Source: Octopus vulgaris
Lineage: Eukaryota
Direction: 5' to 3'
Assembly (NCBI GenBank): GCA_951406725.2
Contig: OX597826.1
Span: 65,968,001-66,032,000 of the forward strand
Length of the DNA stretch: 64,000 bases
Both the position numbers and the translations under genes were made by a program. The notes beneath the pieces are model-generated. The model searched no databases. It had not been told where the DNA came from and saw only the letters and a program-made list of their open reading frames with translations. Every line of letters starts with the position of its first letter. Positions within the stretch are counted from its first letter, which is position 1. Positions 1 to 12,421 of the stretch are shown here, piece by piece.

Positions 1-198
1 AATCAACTTAATCCCTTTGTCTGTCCCCTCTATGTTTAGCCACTTGTGGGCAGTAAAGAAATAAGAAACTGTGTAGAATCCTATCGTGTGTGTCCATATA
101 TATATATACACACATAATTTGCCACTATTAGCCCAGTGACAGATTAGAAAGCATATTTGAATGTGGATGAAGAAGTCTTTCTTCTCCCTTTCTGTATG

Positions 199-229
<31 letters not shown>

Positions 230-445
230 CACATACATAGAGCACATAACAACTGGTGTTGATTTGCTTATATCCTTGTGACTTAGCAGTTTGGCAAAAG
301 ACACCAACAGAATAAGTACCAGCTTTAAAAAATATGTACTGTGGTTGATTTGTTTGAATAAACACTTCAAGGCTGTGCCCCAGCATGGCCACATTCCCAT
401 GACTGAAGCAATAAGAAGAAAAAGTAGTCCTACAATGGAGATAGA

Positions 446-451
446 TTTATT
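446..451 (-). promoter_or_regulatory. Candidate polyadenylation signal AATAAA
   Basis: AATAAA on the minus strand ~190 nt after the stop codon; AT-rich context makes a chance match plausible. Confidence 0.3.
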
Positions 452-638
452 CTTAAAATGTAAATTTAAAAAAAAAAGATTAAAATAATTAAAAATTATA
501 AAATAAAATAAAATTCTGAATGGCAGACAGAGAGACACGCTTATAAATGGCTGCAATGTACTTTATCCAAGTGAATTTGGGCTCCTGGTCAGTTACTGAA
601 TGCTGGTCATCAAAGTGGGAAGTGAAAGCTATCGTCCT

Positions 639-699
639 TTAATTACCATCCATTGCTTTCAAAAACTTGTCGTTAATTATGTAAGGAATAATTTTATGT
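639..699 (-). CDS. SLC4A11: SLC4A11 terminal coding exon 19 ([19 protein letters not shown])
   Basis: tttatttcag acceptor, phase 2, matches the SLC4A11 C-terminal P.II..K.L..MD pattern, TAA at 641-639. Confidence 0.92.
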
Positions 700-3600
700 C
701 TGAAATAAAAAAAAGATAATTATGAAGATGTACTTGCATATCAAGTGACTTTATCTGAGATCGTGTGCTGAAACAAAAACAATTGCAGCGTGGAAAGTAT
801 TTATAAGCCATTTAAAAACACACAAAAACTGTTAGATTCACTTCAACATTTAAATTTAATTTGTCAAAATATTTTCATCACTTTGAAACTGCAACTGAGA
901 AAATGATGCAGCACGGAACTTTGTCAGCGAACATGTCACAGTTTCAAAGCAACAAGAATATTTTGACAAATTAAATTTAATGACTGAAACAGGTAAAAGG
1001 TAACTGCTTCAAATTTTGGCACAAAGCCAGCAATTTGACAGTGAGGACAGTAATCAGTTAAATAGGCTCCAGTACTTGAATGGTACTTTATTTTTGTCAA
1101 CCTGAAAAGGACAAAAGGCAAAGTTGCCCCTGGAAGAATTTGAACCTAGTATAGAGAGAGCTGGAAGAAATGCTGCTAAGCATTTTGTCCGACACACTAA
1201 CTAAATGTAAAGTAATAGTAGTAGTAGTATGGTGGGGAGGGCCTGTGTTGTAACAGCATGTTGGAACATCCATATGTTAGCGATTCCCTTACTCCTGGCA
1301 TATGACATCTTTGCACCACTCAAGCGACAACCCATGGGTCTATTTGGGGGCTCATTGTTGTGAGGAGTTTTACAAGGTCAGGAAGCAAATTCTCCCTCAA
1401 TGCCTTTTAGTTTCCTTTTATGACATGCAGAGGGTTTATCTTTAACTTGCCAGAACCCCGCCCACACATACAGCACAAAATGTAAAATAACCTTTTCTAC
1501 TCTAGGCACAAGATCCAAAATTTTGGGGGAGGGGGGCCAGTTGATTAGTTCGACCCCGGTATGCAACTGGTACTTAATTTATTGACCTTGAAAGGATGAA
1601 AGGTAAAGTCAGCCCTGGGGGAATTACAAAATCTAATATAATGTAATAAAACTGAAATCTGTAAAATTAGCTTGTGTATTTGTGAAAATAATCCTTAACT
1701 TACCTGGCAGGTATGAGTCCAAATATTAAAACCGGGAAAAACATCTTTAAATAAGGATATGGTGCAAAACCAAATATGCAGAGAATGACTAACTGGAGCA
1801 CTTGCAGCCCTGTGAATAGATGCATCTTCCTTTGCGGAACTTGTCGAATGAAATGGTTTGGTGGATAGGCAGACTGAAAGAAAAGCATAAAAAACAGACG
1901 GTCAATCAATAAGTCTGGAGTTCTCTGTGGCATAAGATGCAAGTCCCTCTGGACATCACTGTCTCCAGTCCTAGGACTTATAAGATTGATTACCGAGTTA
2001 CCATGGTGAATAAATTAGTGAAATCACAGCATCCTCCCTGAATGGAACACCAGTTTGTTGCAGGGCTGGTCATTTACTAGCAGAGTTGACTTGAGCAATG
2101 TGAAATGAAGTGTTTTGTTCAAGGATACGACACACCACCCGCTCCAAGAATCAGACCCATGATCTTATGATCGGGAGTCCAACACCCTAACCACTAAGCC
2201 ATCTCCTTTGGTGACTGACATTCACTTTCTACTTAACACTACCACCTTTCATTGCAATCTTAAGAGACCAAGTTCTGGTATATACAATCGACTCTTTTTT
2301 TTTCCCCCCTTCTTTACGTGATATGCTCTACCACAAGCTAAATCCTTTTCATCTTACATACAATATACATTGTGCCAGGAAGGACTGAGGCTTTCTCTAC
2401 ATCAGAGTCAACTGAGAAAACTCAAGCAAACAAGGGACAGTGAGTAATTATAGAGGTTGCTGCAAAATCTGTATCACCAAAAGTCACATTAAATAATGTA
2501 GTCCTAGATAAACTATGTCAGAAATTTTGGGGGAAATTTTCAAAAAATTTTTGTGCAAAATTTTCGAAAAATTTTTGAAAAATTTTTGGGTGAAAATTTT
2601 CGAAAAATTTTAGGTGAAAATTTTCGAAAAATTTTTGGGTAAAATTTTCAGTGAAAATTTTCGAAAAATTTTTAAGTAAAATTTTCGAAAAATTTTTGGA
2701 GAAAATTTTCGGTGAACATCTTCGAAAAATTTTTGGGTAAAATTTTCGGTGAACATCTTCGAAAAATTTTTGGGTAAAATTTTCGGTGAAAATTTTTGGG
2801 TAAAATTTTCGGTGAAAATTTTTGGGTAAAATTTTCAGTGAAAATTTCCGAAAAATGTTTGGGTAAAATTTTCGAAAACTTTTTGGATAAAATTTTCGGT
2901 GAATATCTTCGAAAAATTTTTGGGTAAAATTTTCGAAAAATTTTTGTGTAAAATTTTCGGTGAACATCTTCGAAAAATTTTTGGGTAAAATTTTCGGTGA
3001 AAATTTTTGGGTAAAATTTTCGGTGAAAATTTTTGGGTAAAATTTTCAGTGAAAATTTCCGAAAAATGTTTGGGTAAAATTTTCGAAAACTTTTTGGATA
3101 AAATTTTCGGTGAATATCTTCGAAAAATTTTTGGGTAAAATTTTCGAAAAATTTTTGTGTAAAATTTTCGGTGAATATCTTTGAAAAATTTTGGGGGAAA
3201 ATTTTTGGGTAATCATTACAGACTATTAGAACCATCAAACCACAGATGACCAACTCTACAGCCCCAAAATTGAAAAGTTGTCTTACCTGTTCAGTAAATA
3301 GGAGACAGAATCGCTCAAACATTTGGTTATCATAGAGGGACGTCACAGCTACAAAGAGGAAGAGTCCATAAAGCACGGGGTTTGGTATATAAGCCAGGTA
3401 ATTCAGTATCAATACAGAAAGTCCAATTAGGATATGAGAAAATATAGCTGTCAACCGGGTTTCACGTACATGCACAATCCTGAGGGAGACAAACAGACAG
3501 GTATATAATATTTTGGACATACAGACAACAAAGAGAGTAACACGAAAGGCATTTAACTTGATTTGCTTGAGACTAAACCCTTCAAAGCTGTGCCCCAGCA

Positions 3601-5020
3601 TGGCTCCAGATGACTGAAATAAGATATATATATATATATATATAATTAAGAGACAGAACCTCCATCAAAGTAATTCAATTCATAGTGAAAGATATTATCT
3701 ATAATAAAATATAAATTCAAATATATTATTAATATTGTAATGAAAATTACTATACTAAATGATACACATTAAATCGATGATGCGCGTTTCGTGACCATAT
3801 ATTCGAATCAACAATTTCTACATCGATAATCTTGAAAATTACCATTAATTCGATCCAATATTTATATATGTGTGTGTGTGTGTGTAACGATAAAAATTTG
3901 TTGTTATAACTGCATGTTTTAGGATGTGAAAAATGGACAATGCATGAAGTTTTAAGAAAATTTTTATTTAACATTACTTTGCCTTGACGGGCAGGTGATA
4001 AAAATGGTAAAGCATGTGAAGTAAAGATAGATGTAGGTTTTCCTGGCATAGTTTGTGTTTGTGTTCTCGTCATTGTTTAGTAGTAATTACAGAGAGATAG
4101 AATGATGTTGTAAGAGAACAGAATTAGATCTAGTGAGAGAGTGTGAGATGTTGTCTTTCTTTTTCCCTCTGGCCGTTTTATCTGCCTGCTTCCATGATTC
4201 TAGTGGTCAGTTCACTAACTGATGTTAGCTCTCTCTCAACTCACGAGTTGTGACCAAAATGACTGTCTTTTGCTTGTGGGTTCTTATTTTTATAACTATC
4301 CAGAAGGATAAACATATCGTTCAGAACAATGGGTTTCATCGGTGGTATTGTGATATCGCTATTCTAGCTTTTGGTGAAGTAGAAGAGGTTATAAGGGTCA
4401 AGTGGTGAAGATATTATTTCGGCCTAGCTAAAGGCAATCTGGCAAATGTAAAACTGCTGTCACAGAAAAAAAAAACATTGTTCCACCGTTAGAAAAGTTC
4501 TGTTGAAGTGTTAATTTAAATTTGGCTATGGTGAATCAAATCCACTTCATGCTTGCAAGATTCATATATATATATATATTGAGAAGGATTTTGCTATTTA
4601 AGCAATCAGTAAAACATACACTTTTCAGCTTGAAAACAGCTACTTGAAGCTCAAAACTCATATCAGAGTAACTCACTAAACATTGTTATTAAGATTAAAA
4701 TAAAGATTATCCCCTCAAAAAAGCCAACTCTACTCATTCTTTCAAATCTATATAATACTTGTACCAAGAACTTACTTATATATATACATACACATACATA
4801 CATACACACACATACACATATATATACACATCATCATATTGAAGATATTTATTGCTGGAAGGCACATCATATTTCGTTTAGCAATTGTGATATACTACGA
4901 AGTATATTGAAGGTTTATAAGTTTTACCTTTTTTTGTTAGCAGTGCAATTCAATCACTTTTAAGCTACCTTTACAGATCATCTATAGGATTTAGAACCAG
5001 CACTGAAAGCTACCTAATTG

Positions 5021-5053
<33 letters not shown>

Positions 5054-5620
5054 AAAGCTAACACTTCCTTTCTCCAAGCTTAGGTTTGAAACCAAATGTA
5101 AAGATTCTTGCTCATCTGAGCCTCCACTGTCAAAACATGATATATCGTCTCCCTTTGACCTACGACCTCAGCTATGTCAGGTGAAGTTCAAATGGACAGG
5201 AGCTGACCTATTTAGACACAATCTCTCCTGCACTATGTCTGTCTTTCTAGCTGCCACAGCTGTTTGTTATAAATACCGTGGTCAGCAAGGGGACAGGCAA
5301 AAAGGACCTGGGACAAAGATAGAGCGCACAAGATAGCTGACTAGTATTTTCTCAGATGAACAATGCACACACAGACACAAGACATATTCAGTTCTACCAC
5401 ATCATATCACAGATGTATCCTGCTGCTTTTATTCTTCTCAGCTCATAGCAGTTGTAAACAAATACATGGAGTGAAAAACCGTGTATACCAACAGCAAATG
5501 CAAGTCCTGTAAATAAATTATTTAAATTATAATCCGATGTTATTCATTATTTACTTCGAAGGCATCCACATGCCTATCACATCTGTTTACCTCAACATAT
5601 TCCAATTCACCTTTTCCACT

Positions 5621-5705
<85 letters not shown>

Positions 5706-6876
5706 CCAATGAAAAGAAGATTGTCAAGGTGATATGGATTCCTCTGATGAGAACCCGATAAGGTTCAAGAATCAATTAAGGTTGTCCATTTTAAAAGGCA
5801 CAGGAGTGGCTGTGTGGTAAGTAGCTTGCTTACCAACCACGTGGTTCCGGGTTCAGTCCCACTGCATGGCACTTTGGGCAAGCATCTTCTATGGGCCGAC
5901 CAAAGCCTTGTGAGTGGATTTGGTAGACGGAAACTGAAAGAAGCCCGTCGTATATATTTATATGTATGTGTGTGTTTGTCCCCCCCAACATCGCTTGACT
6001 GCCAATGCGGGTGTGTTTACGTCCCCGTAACTTAATGGTTCGGCAAAAGAGACCGATAGAATAAGTAGTAGGCTTACAAAGAATAAGTCCTGGGGTCGAT
6101 TTGCTCGACTAAAGGCGGTGCTCCAGCATGGCCGCAGTCAAATGACTGAAACAAGTAAAAGAGTAAATAATGGAGGTCTACATGTTCAGAATCTAGACAC
6201 ATGGCTCCCACATATATATTACAGACTGAACACTACTCCAAATGAAATACTGTGGTCAGTGATAACGGCTCTCACCTTCATATTTTGCACAGATGATATA
6301 ATAATAATACAGAGGTAATATTATTCAAAATGTATGGCAACTCTTAGCTGAAGCAATGAGGTGGTAGTTAACAGTAAGAGACTGTTCATATTTTAATATT
6401 ACACTGTAATACATCGTTAATACCAAAATTCATTGTTTCAGTATTATACATATTTACAACATATTGCAAAAACAAACTGAAATGGTTTATTAATTACGTC
6501 AACCAGAAATAGGTTCCAGTGGTAGATGCAGGGATGGCTGTGTGGTTAATAACTTTGCTTTTCCACCACATGGTTCTGGGATCAATCCCAAGGTGTGGCA
6601 CCCTGGATAAATGTTTTCTGCTAGAGCCCTGGGTCAACAAAAAAGTGGATTTAGTAGATGGAAACTGAAAGAAGCCCATTGTGTATATGTGTGTGTGTCT
6701 TTGTATTTGTCTTCTACCACTGCTTGACAATCGATGTTAGTTTGTTTACATCACCATAACCTAGCAGTTCAACAAAAGAGACCAATAGAATAAGTAATAG
6801 GCTTTAAAATAAGTACTGTAGTCAATTCGGTTGACTAAACCATTCAAGGCAGTTCAGTATATATATATATATATAG

Positions 6877-6915
<39 letters not shown>

Positions 6916-9847
6916 ATCAAGATATAAGAGTTTGGTAGGAATTGAACTTATGTTTCACTGTTCACTCCTGTTAACCAACAATAATTTTAATTTAATATGC
7001 ATTGATAGTTAAATCCAATTCTGCCATTCTTTCTTCTCTCTCATTCATTTAAATTCACACACACAAATAGATGTGCACATATGTTCAGACACATACACAA
7101 GCATACACACACAAGCACACAAATACACAGAGAGACAACTTGAGACAGACAGGCAGCAAAAACTGACCACTTATTTAAGGAGAAATGTCAGATCAAACAA
7201 CCGAATCTCAAATAAAAGATCAAAGGTAAGAAACAAAGACAGGATCAAAATACCAAAGATCAAATCAAAGACCAAATACCAAAATAACAAAGTTCAGACA
7301 AAAGACCAAAGTACCAAAGACCAGATGAAGGATTAAAAAGAATATAACTATCACCAGACCAAAGATCAAACCAAAGACTAGATCAAAGACTGAATCACAG
7401 TAGCAAAGAAAGAAAAAAAACACAGAACAAAGAATGAGAGATCAAACAAAAATAACAAGACGAAAGGTAAGACCATAGATCAGAACAAAGACCAAGATCA
7501 GAACCAAAGATTAGACCAAAAAGCTAAAAATCAGACCAAGGTCCAAAGAAACAATGACCAAATGAAAGACTAGACCAAAGATGAAAGATCAGACCAAATT
7601 ACCATAGACCAAATATTCAAACATTAGACAAAAGATGGAAAAATTAGACCAATTATTCAAAGATTAGACCAAAGATAAAAACCAAAGATTAGACCAATAA
7701 CCAAATCAAAGACAAGGAACTAGACCATAGAATTAAATGAAGTTGTTACTTACGTTCGATAGACATGACCCTGATCTACTCTCTCTTCTACGTCTGCCAG
7801 GGCCAGGACATGAAGTGGGGAGTGTGGTAGAGCAGCATGCAACCAGGGGAAGGCAAATATGGAGAGAATACCATTGATAACACCAACCACAAACAGATCC
7901 CAGTGGTAGGCTGTGCCTTTTTTCATTCTGATGGAGAGAAATAGCAACATATCAGTGATATGATAGAGAAATGAGTCAACTTCTCAGAGATTAAACGTTA
8001 TAGCATGGTATAAGGTCAATAGGTCAACATATATCAAGCGTCTAACAAGGCAGAAAGCCAACATGTCATTGATAAAAGATTCAATATTTTCATGCATCAC
8101 AGATCAATAGTGTCAGTATCATAATATATGACAGACCAAGTGTTGATATCACAGTGTATGATAGGCCAATAGCGTCGATATCACAGAGTATGACAGACCG
8201 ATAGTGTCAATATCACAGTGTATGACAGACTGTCAGTGTCAATCTCACAGTGTATGACAGGCTGATAGTGTCAATATCACAATGTATGACAGACCAATAG
8301 TGTCGATGTCACAATGTATGTCAGACCATTAGTGTCAATCTCACAGTGTATGACAGGCCAATAGTGTTGATATCACAATGTATGACAGACCAATAGTGTC
8401 GATGTCACAATGTATGACAGACCGATAGTGTCGATGTCACAATGTATGACAGACTGATAGTGTCGATGTCACAATGTATGACAGACCGATAGTGTCGATA
8501 TCACGGTGTATGACAGACCGATAGTGTCGATATCACAGTATATGACAGTGTCAATTTCACAGTGTATGACAGACCAATAGTGCTGATATTACAGTGTATG
8601 ACAGACTGATAGTGCTGATATTACAGTGTATGACAGACTGATAGTGCTGATATTACAGTGTATGACAGATGAATAAAAATCAGTATTTAAAAGATGACAA
8701 ATCCAAAAAAAAAAAATCAATATTTTAATATATGATAATCCAACATGATCAATATTTCAGTGTATGAAAGATCAATGGTATCAATATTTTCATGTATGAT
8801 AAATCTTGTGCAAGTGCTTCTTAGTAAAACCTCAAGTCAACCCAAAACCTAGTGAGTGAAGCTGTTTAGGTGTCCATCGGATTGATTATTCTATAATTCA
8901 AAAGGTAAGGCCTTGCCACATATTGTGTTATGCAGATTCATCTTGAGAATTAATTACATTATAATTACATGTGTCACTGGAATAGTCAACCACGTGCATA
9001 TTAATTTAATGAGCCAGATGGTCAGCTGTGTCAACCAACTGAATATTTGTTGTTGAAATCAATGGTGGATCGATGATGACAATCATCATCATCACCACCA
9101 CTACTATCATCAACATCATCAGTGTCCTGTGTCCACTTTTCTATGCTGGCATGAGTTGGACAGTCCTGTCTGAGGCAGTGCTTTACAGCCTGATGCTCTT
9201 CCTGAGCTCGTCCCTTCTAGACCCTTCTTACAACATGCAGAAACATGGAGTACCTAGTCTGAAAGGATACTTATGGTAACGACTCCAAAGTGAAGTCCAT
9301 GTATACATACATACATACATACACAGACTTCTACAAGGACAGAGACTTACTCTGAAGTTTCAGACTCTGTTAGCCTCCATCAGAATGCCAGCTTCCGTAA
9401 GACTAAAAGGCCGAAACTTTGAAGTCACTGTCAATAAAATTCTTGTTTAAGAATAAATTATGTACGCAACAAAAAGCATTGAGAAAGCCTTCAGTTTAAT
9501 GTAAAATTGCTTTTATTATAGCTCAATATAAAATCAAGCATATATATATATATACATACATATATATATATATCACGTGATCACGTGACCGACCAGACCA
9601 TCAGATGTTGCTACACATCGCTGGTCACAATGCATTCACATTGTTTTAGCCTTCGAATGACACCACCCCGCTGGCTAAGCAAGCAGGCCAACAGAAGAAA
9701 GAGTGAGAGAAAGAGTGGTGAAAGAGTACAGCAGGGATCACCCCCGGAGCTTCGTGGAGCTTTTAGGTGTTTTTGCTCAATAAACACTCACAACCGCGAT
9801 CCTACGACTGCGAGTCCGCTGCCCTAACGACTAGGCCATTGCGCCTC

Positions 9848-9879
<32 letters not shown>

Positions 9880-9995
9880 GGCACAGGCATAGCTGTGTGG
9901 TAAGAAGCTTACTTCCCAACCACATGGTTCCAGGTTCAGTTCCAGTGTGGCACCTTGGGTGAGTGGTCTTCTACTATAGCCTCAAGCCGACCAAA

Positions 9996-10054
<59 letters not shown>

Positions 10055-10858
10055 ATGTGTGTGTGTGTGTGTGTGTATTTGTGTGCATATGTTTGTGTTT
10101 GCCACACCACCATTGCTTGAAAACTGATGCTAGTGGGTTTATGTCCTCCTAACTTAACAGTTCAGCAAAAGAGACCAACAGAATAAGTACTAGGCTTACA
10201 AAGAATAAGTGCTGGATCAATTTCTTTGATTAACTCCCTTTAAGGCAGTGCTCCAGTAAATCTGCAATCAAATAACTGACCTTGCCTGTGCTTGTGCTAC
10301 ATAAAAAGCATTAAGTCCACTCTGCTGAGTGGTTGATGTTAGGAAGGACATCCAGCTGTAAAAATCCTACCAAAACAGTCACAGAAGTTTGGTGCAGGCT
10401 TCTGCTTGGCCAGTTCATGTGAAACCGTCCCACCCATACTAGCATGGAAGGCAGACGATGATGATGATATATATCATCATCATCGTTTAACATTTGTTTT
10501 CCATGCTAGCTTGGGTTGGACAGTTTGATTGAGGACTGGCAAGCTAGATGGTTGCACCAGGCTCCAATCTGATCAGGCAAGGTTTCTACAGCTGGATGCC
10601 CTTCCTAGCGCCAACTAGTCCATGAGTACAGTGGGTGCCACCAGCATGAGGGCCAGTCAGGCGGTACTGGGAATGGTCACGCTCAAATGGTGTTTTTTAT
10701 GTGCCACCTTCACAGGAGACAGTCCAGCAGTACTGGCAACAACCTCGCTTGAATGTTGTTTTTCACGTGCAACCGGCACAAGCACCAGTAAGGTGAAGCT
10801 GGTAATGATCATGCTCAAATAGTGCTTTTTATGTGCCACACATACATATACATGTGTA

Positions 10859-10891
<33 letters not shown>

Positions 10892-11600
10892 GCACATACA
10901 TACACACACATACATACATACACAAATATATATACATACATACATTAAATCGTAGATATGTGCTTACTTGTTTTGAGGGGCATTAACAAGTGCTGCTGAT
11001 ATGTTTTGATCCATGAAGAAGAGAAGAGACAAACAGAATCCAAGCCCCATTCCACCAAATATTGAACCAACATTCAATTTGGAAAATGGCACCAATTCCA
11101 AAGTTGCATTCGTTGTATCAGGGTCAAAGCTCTCACCAACTAAAATAAAACATTGGAGTTCCAGACATTAAACAGACATCATTAATAAAACTTGAAACAT
11201 TTAAAATTAAATGATATCATATTAAAACATGCACATACGGTTTCTATAGTGATGGCAGCTATTACAAGGGAGATAATCAGTTCTTCAGATGCCAGCATGG
11301 AAAACTGAGGTTAAAGGATGATGGTGATGATGATGATAATGATTAGAAATTTGAAATTAAGGAATTATAAGGGAAAAGATGTACTCTCTTTCTCTCTTTT
11401 ACTAGTTTCAGTTATTTGACTGCGGCCATGCTGGTGCACCGCCTTTAGTCGAGCAAATCGACCCCGGGACTTATTCTTTGTAAGCCCAGTACTTATTCTA
11501 TCGGTCTCTTTTGCCGAACCGCTAAGTGACGGGGACCTAAACACACCAGCATCGGTTGTCAAGCAATGCTAGGGGGACAAACACAGACACACAAACATAT

Positions 11601-11639
<39 letters not shown>

Positions 11640-12382
11640 CGACAGGCTTCTTTCAGTTTCCATCTACCAAATCCACTCACAAGGCATTGGTCGGCCCGAG
11701 GCTATAGCAGAAGACACTTGCCCAAGATGCCACGCAGTGGGACTGAACCCGGAACCATGTGGTTGGTAAGCAAGCTACTTAACACACAGCCAGGTTTAAT
11801 TCTATCTGTTTTTGTCTGCTTATTTTGAAGTTCGTATAATTTCTAGTTGGCAATAAACATGTATTGCACTGTTTCATTCCTTTTAGAAATTGTCAGCATG
11901 ACATAACCTGAGATACATTAATTAAATATTATTTGACAATGTGGGACATATTAAATATGAAAATAATCACAATCTTTTATCTTCTATTTTTTACTTGTTC
12001 CAGTCATTAGACTGTGGCCATACTGGGGCACCACTTGAAGAATTTGTCAAATGAGTCTACCCAAGAGCATTTTTTTAAAACCTAACACTTAATTCTATTA
12101 GTCTCTTTTGCTGGTGACGTAAATACAACAACACTGGCTGCAAAGACGTGGTGGGGAATAAACAGGTAAATACACACATCCATGTGTGTGTTGGTGTGTG
12201 TGTGTGTGTGTGTGTAGGCACAGGTGTGGCTGTGGGGTAAGAAGTTTACTTCCCAATGACATAGTTTTGGGCTCAGTCCCACTGTATGACATCTTGGGCA
12301 AGTGTCTTCTACTATAGCTTTGGGCAGACCAAACCCTTGTGAGTGGATTTGGTAGACGATTAATGAAAGAAGCTCATCGTAT

Positions 12383-12421
<39 letters not shown>

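Noticed and set aside
2518-3286. Long repetitive ORFs (KFFENFTQ / KFYPKIF)
   Set aside because: Stop-free minisatellite in intron 17; only 3287-3479 is true coding sequence.
8100-8670. CRISPR-like regular repeats (also 59985-60505 and 62921-63573)
   Set aside because: Contiguous units without unique spacers, no cas genes, eukaryotic intron context.
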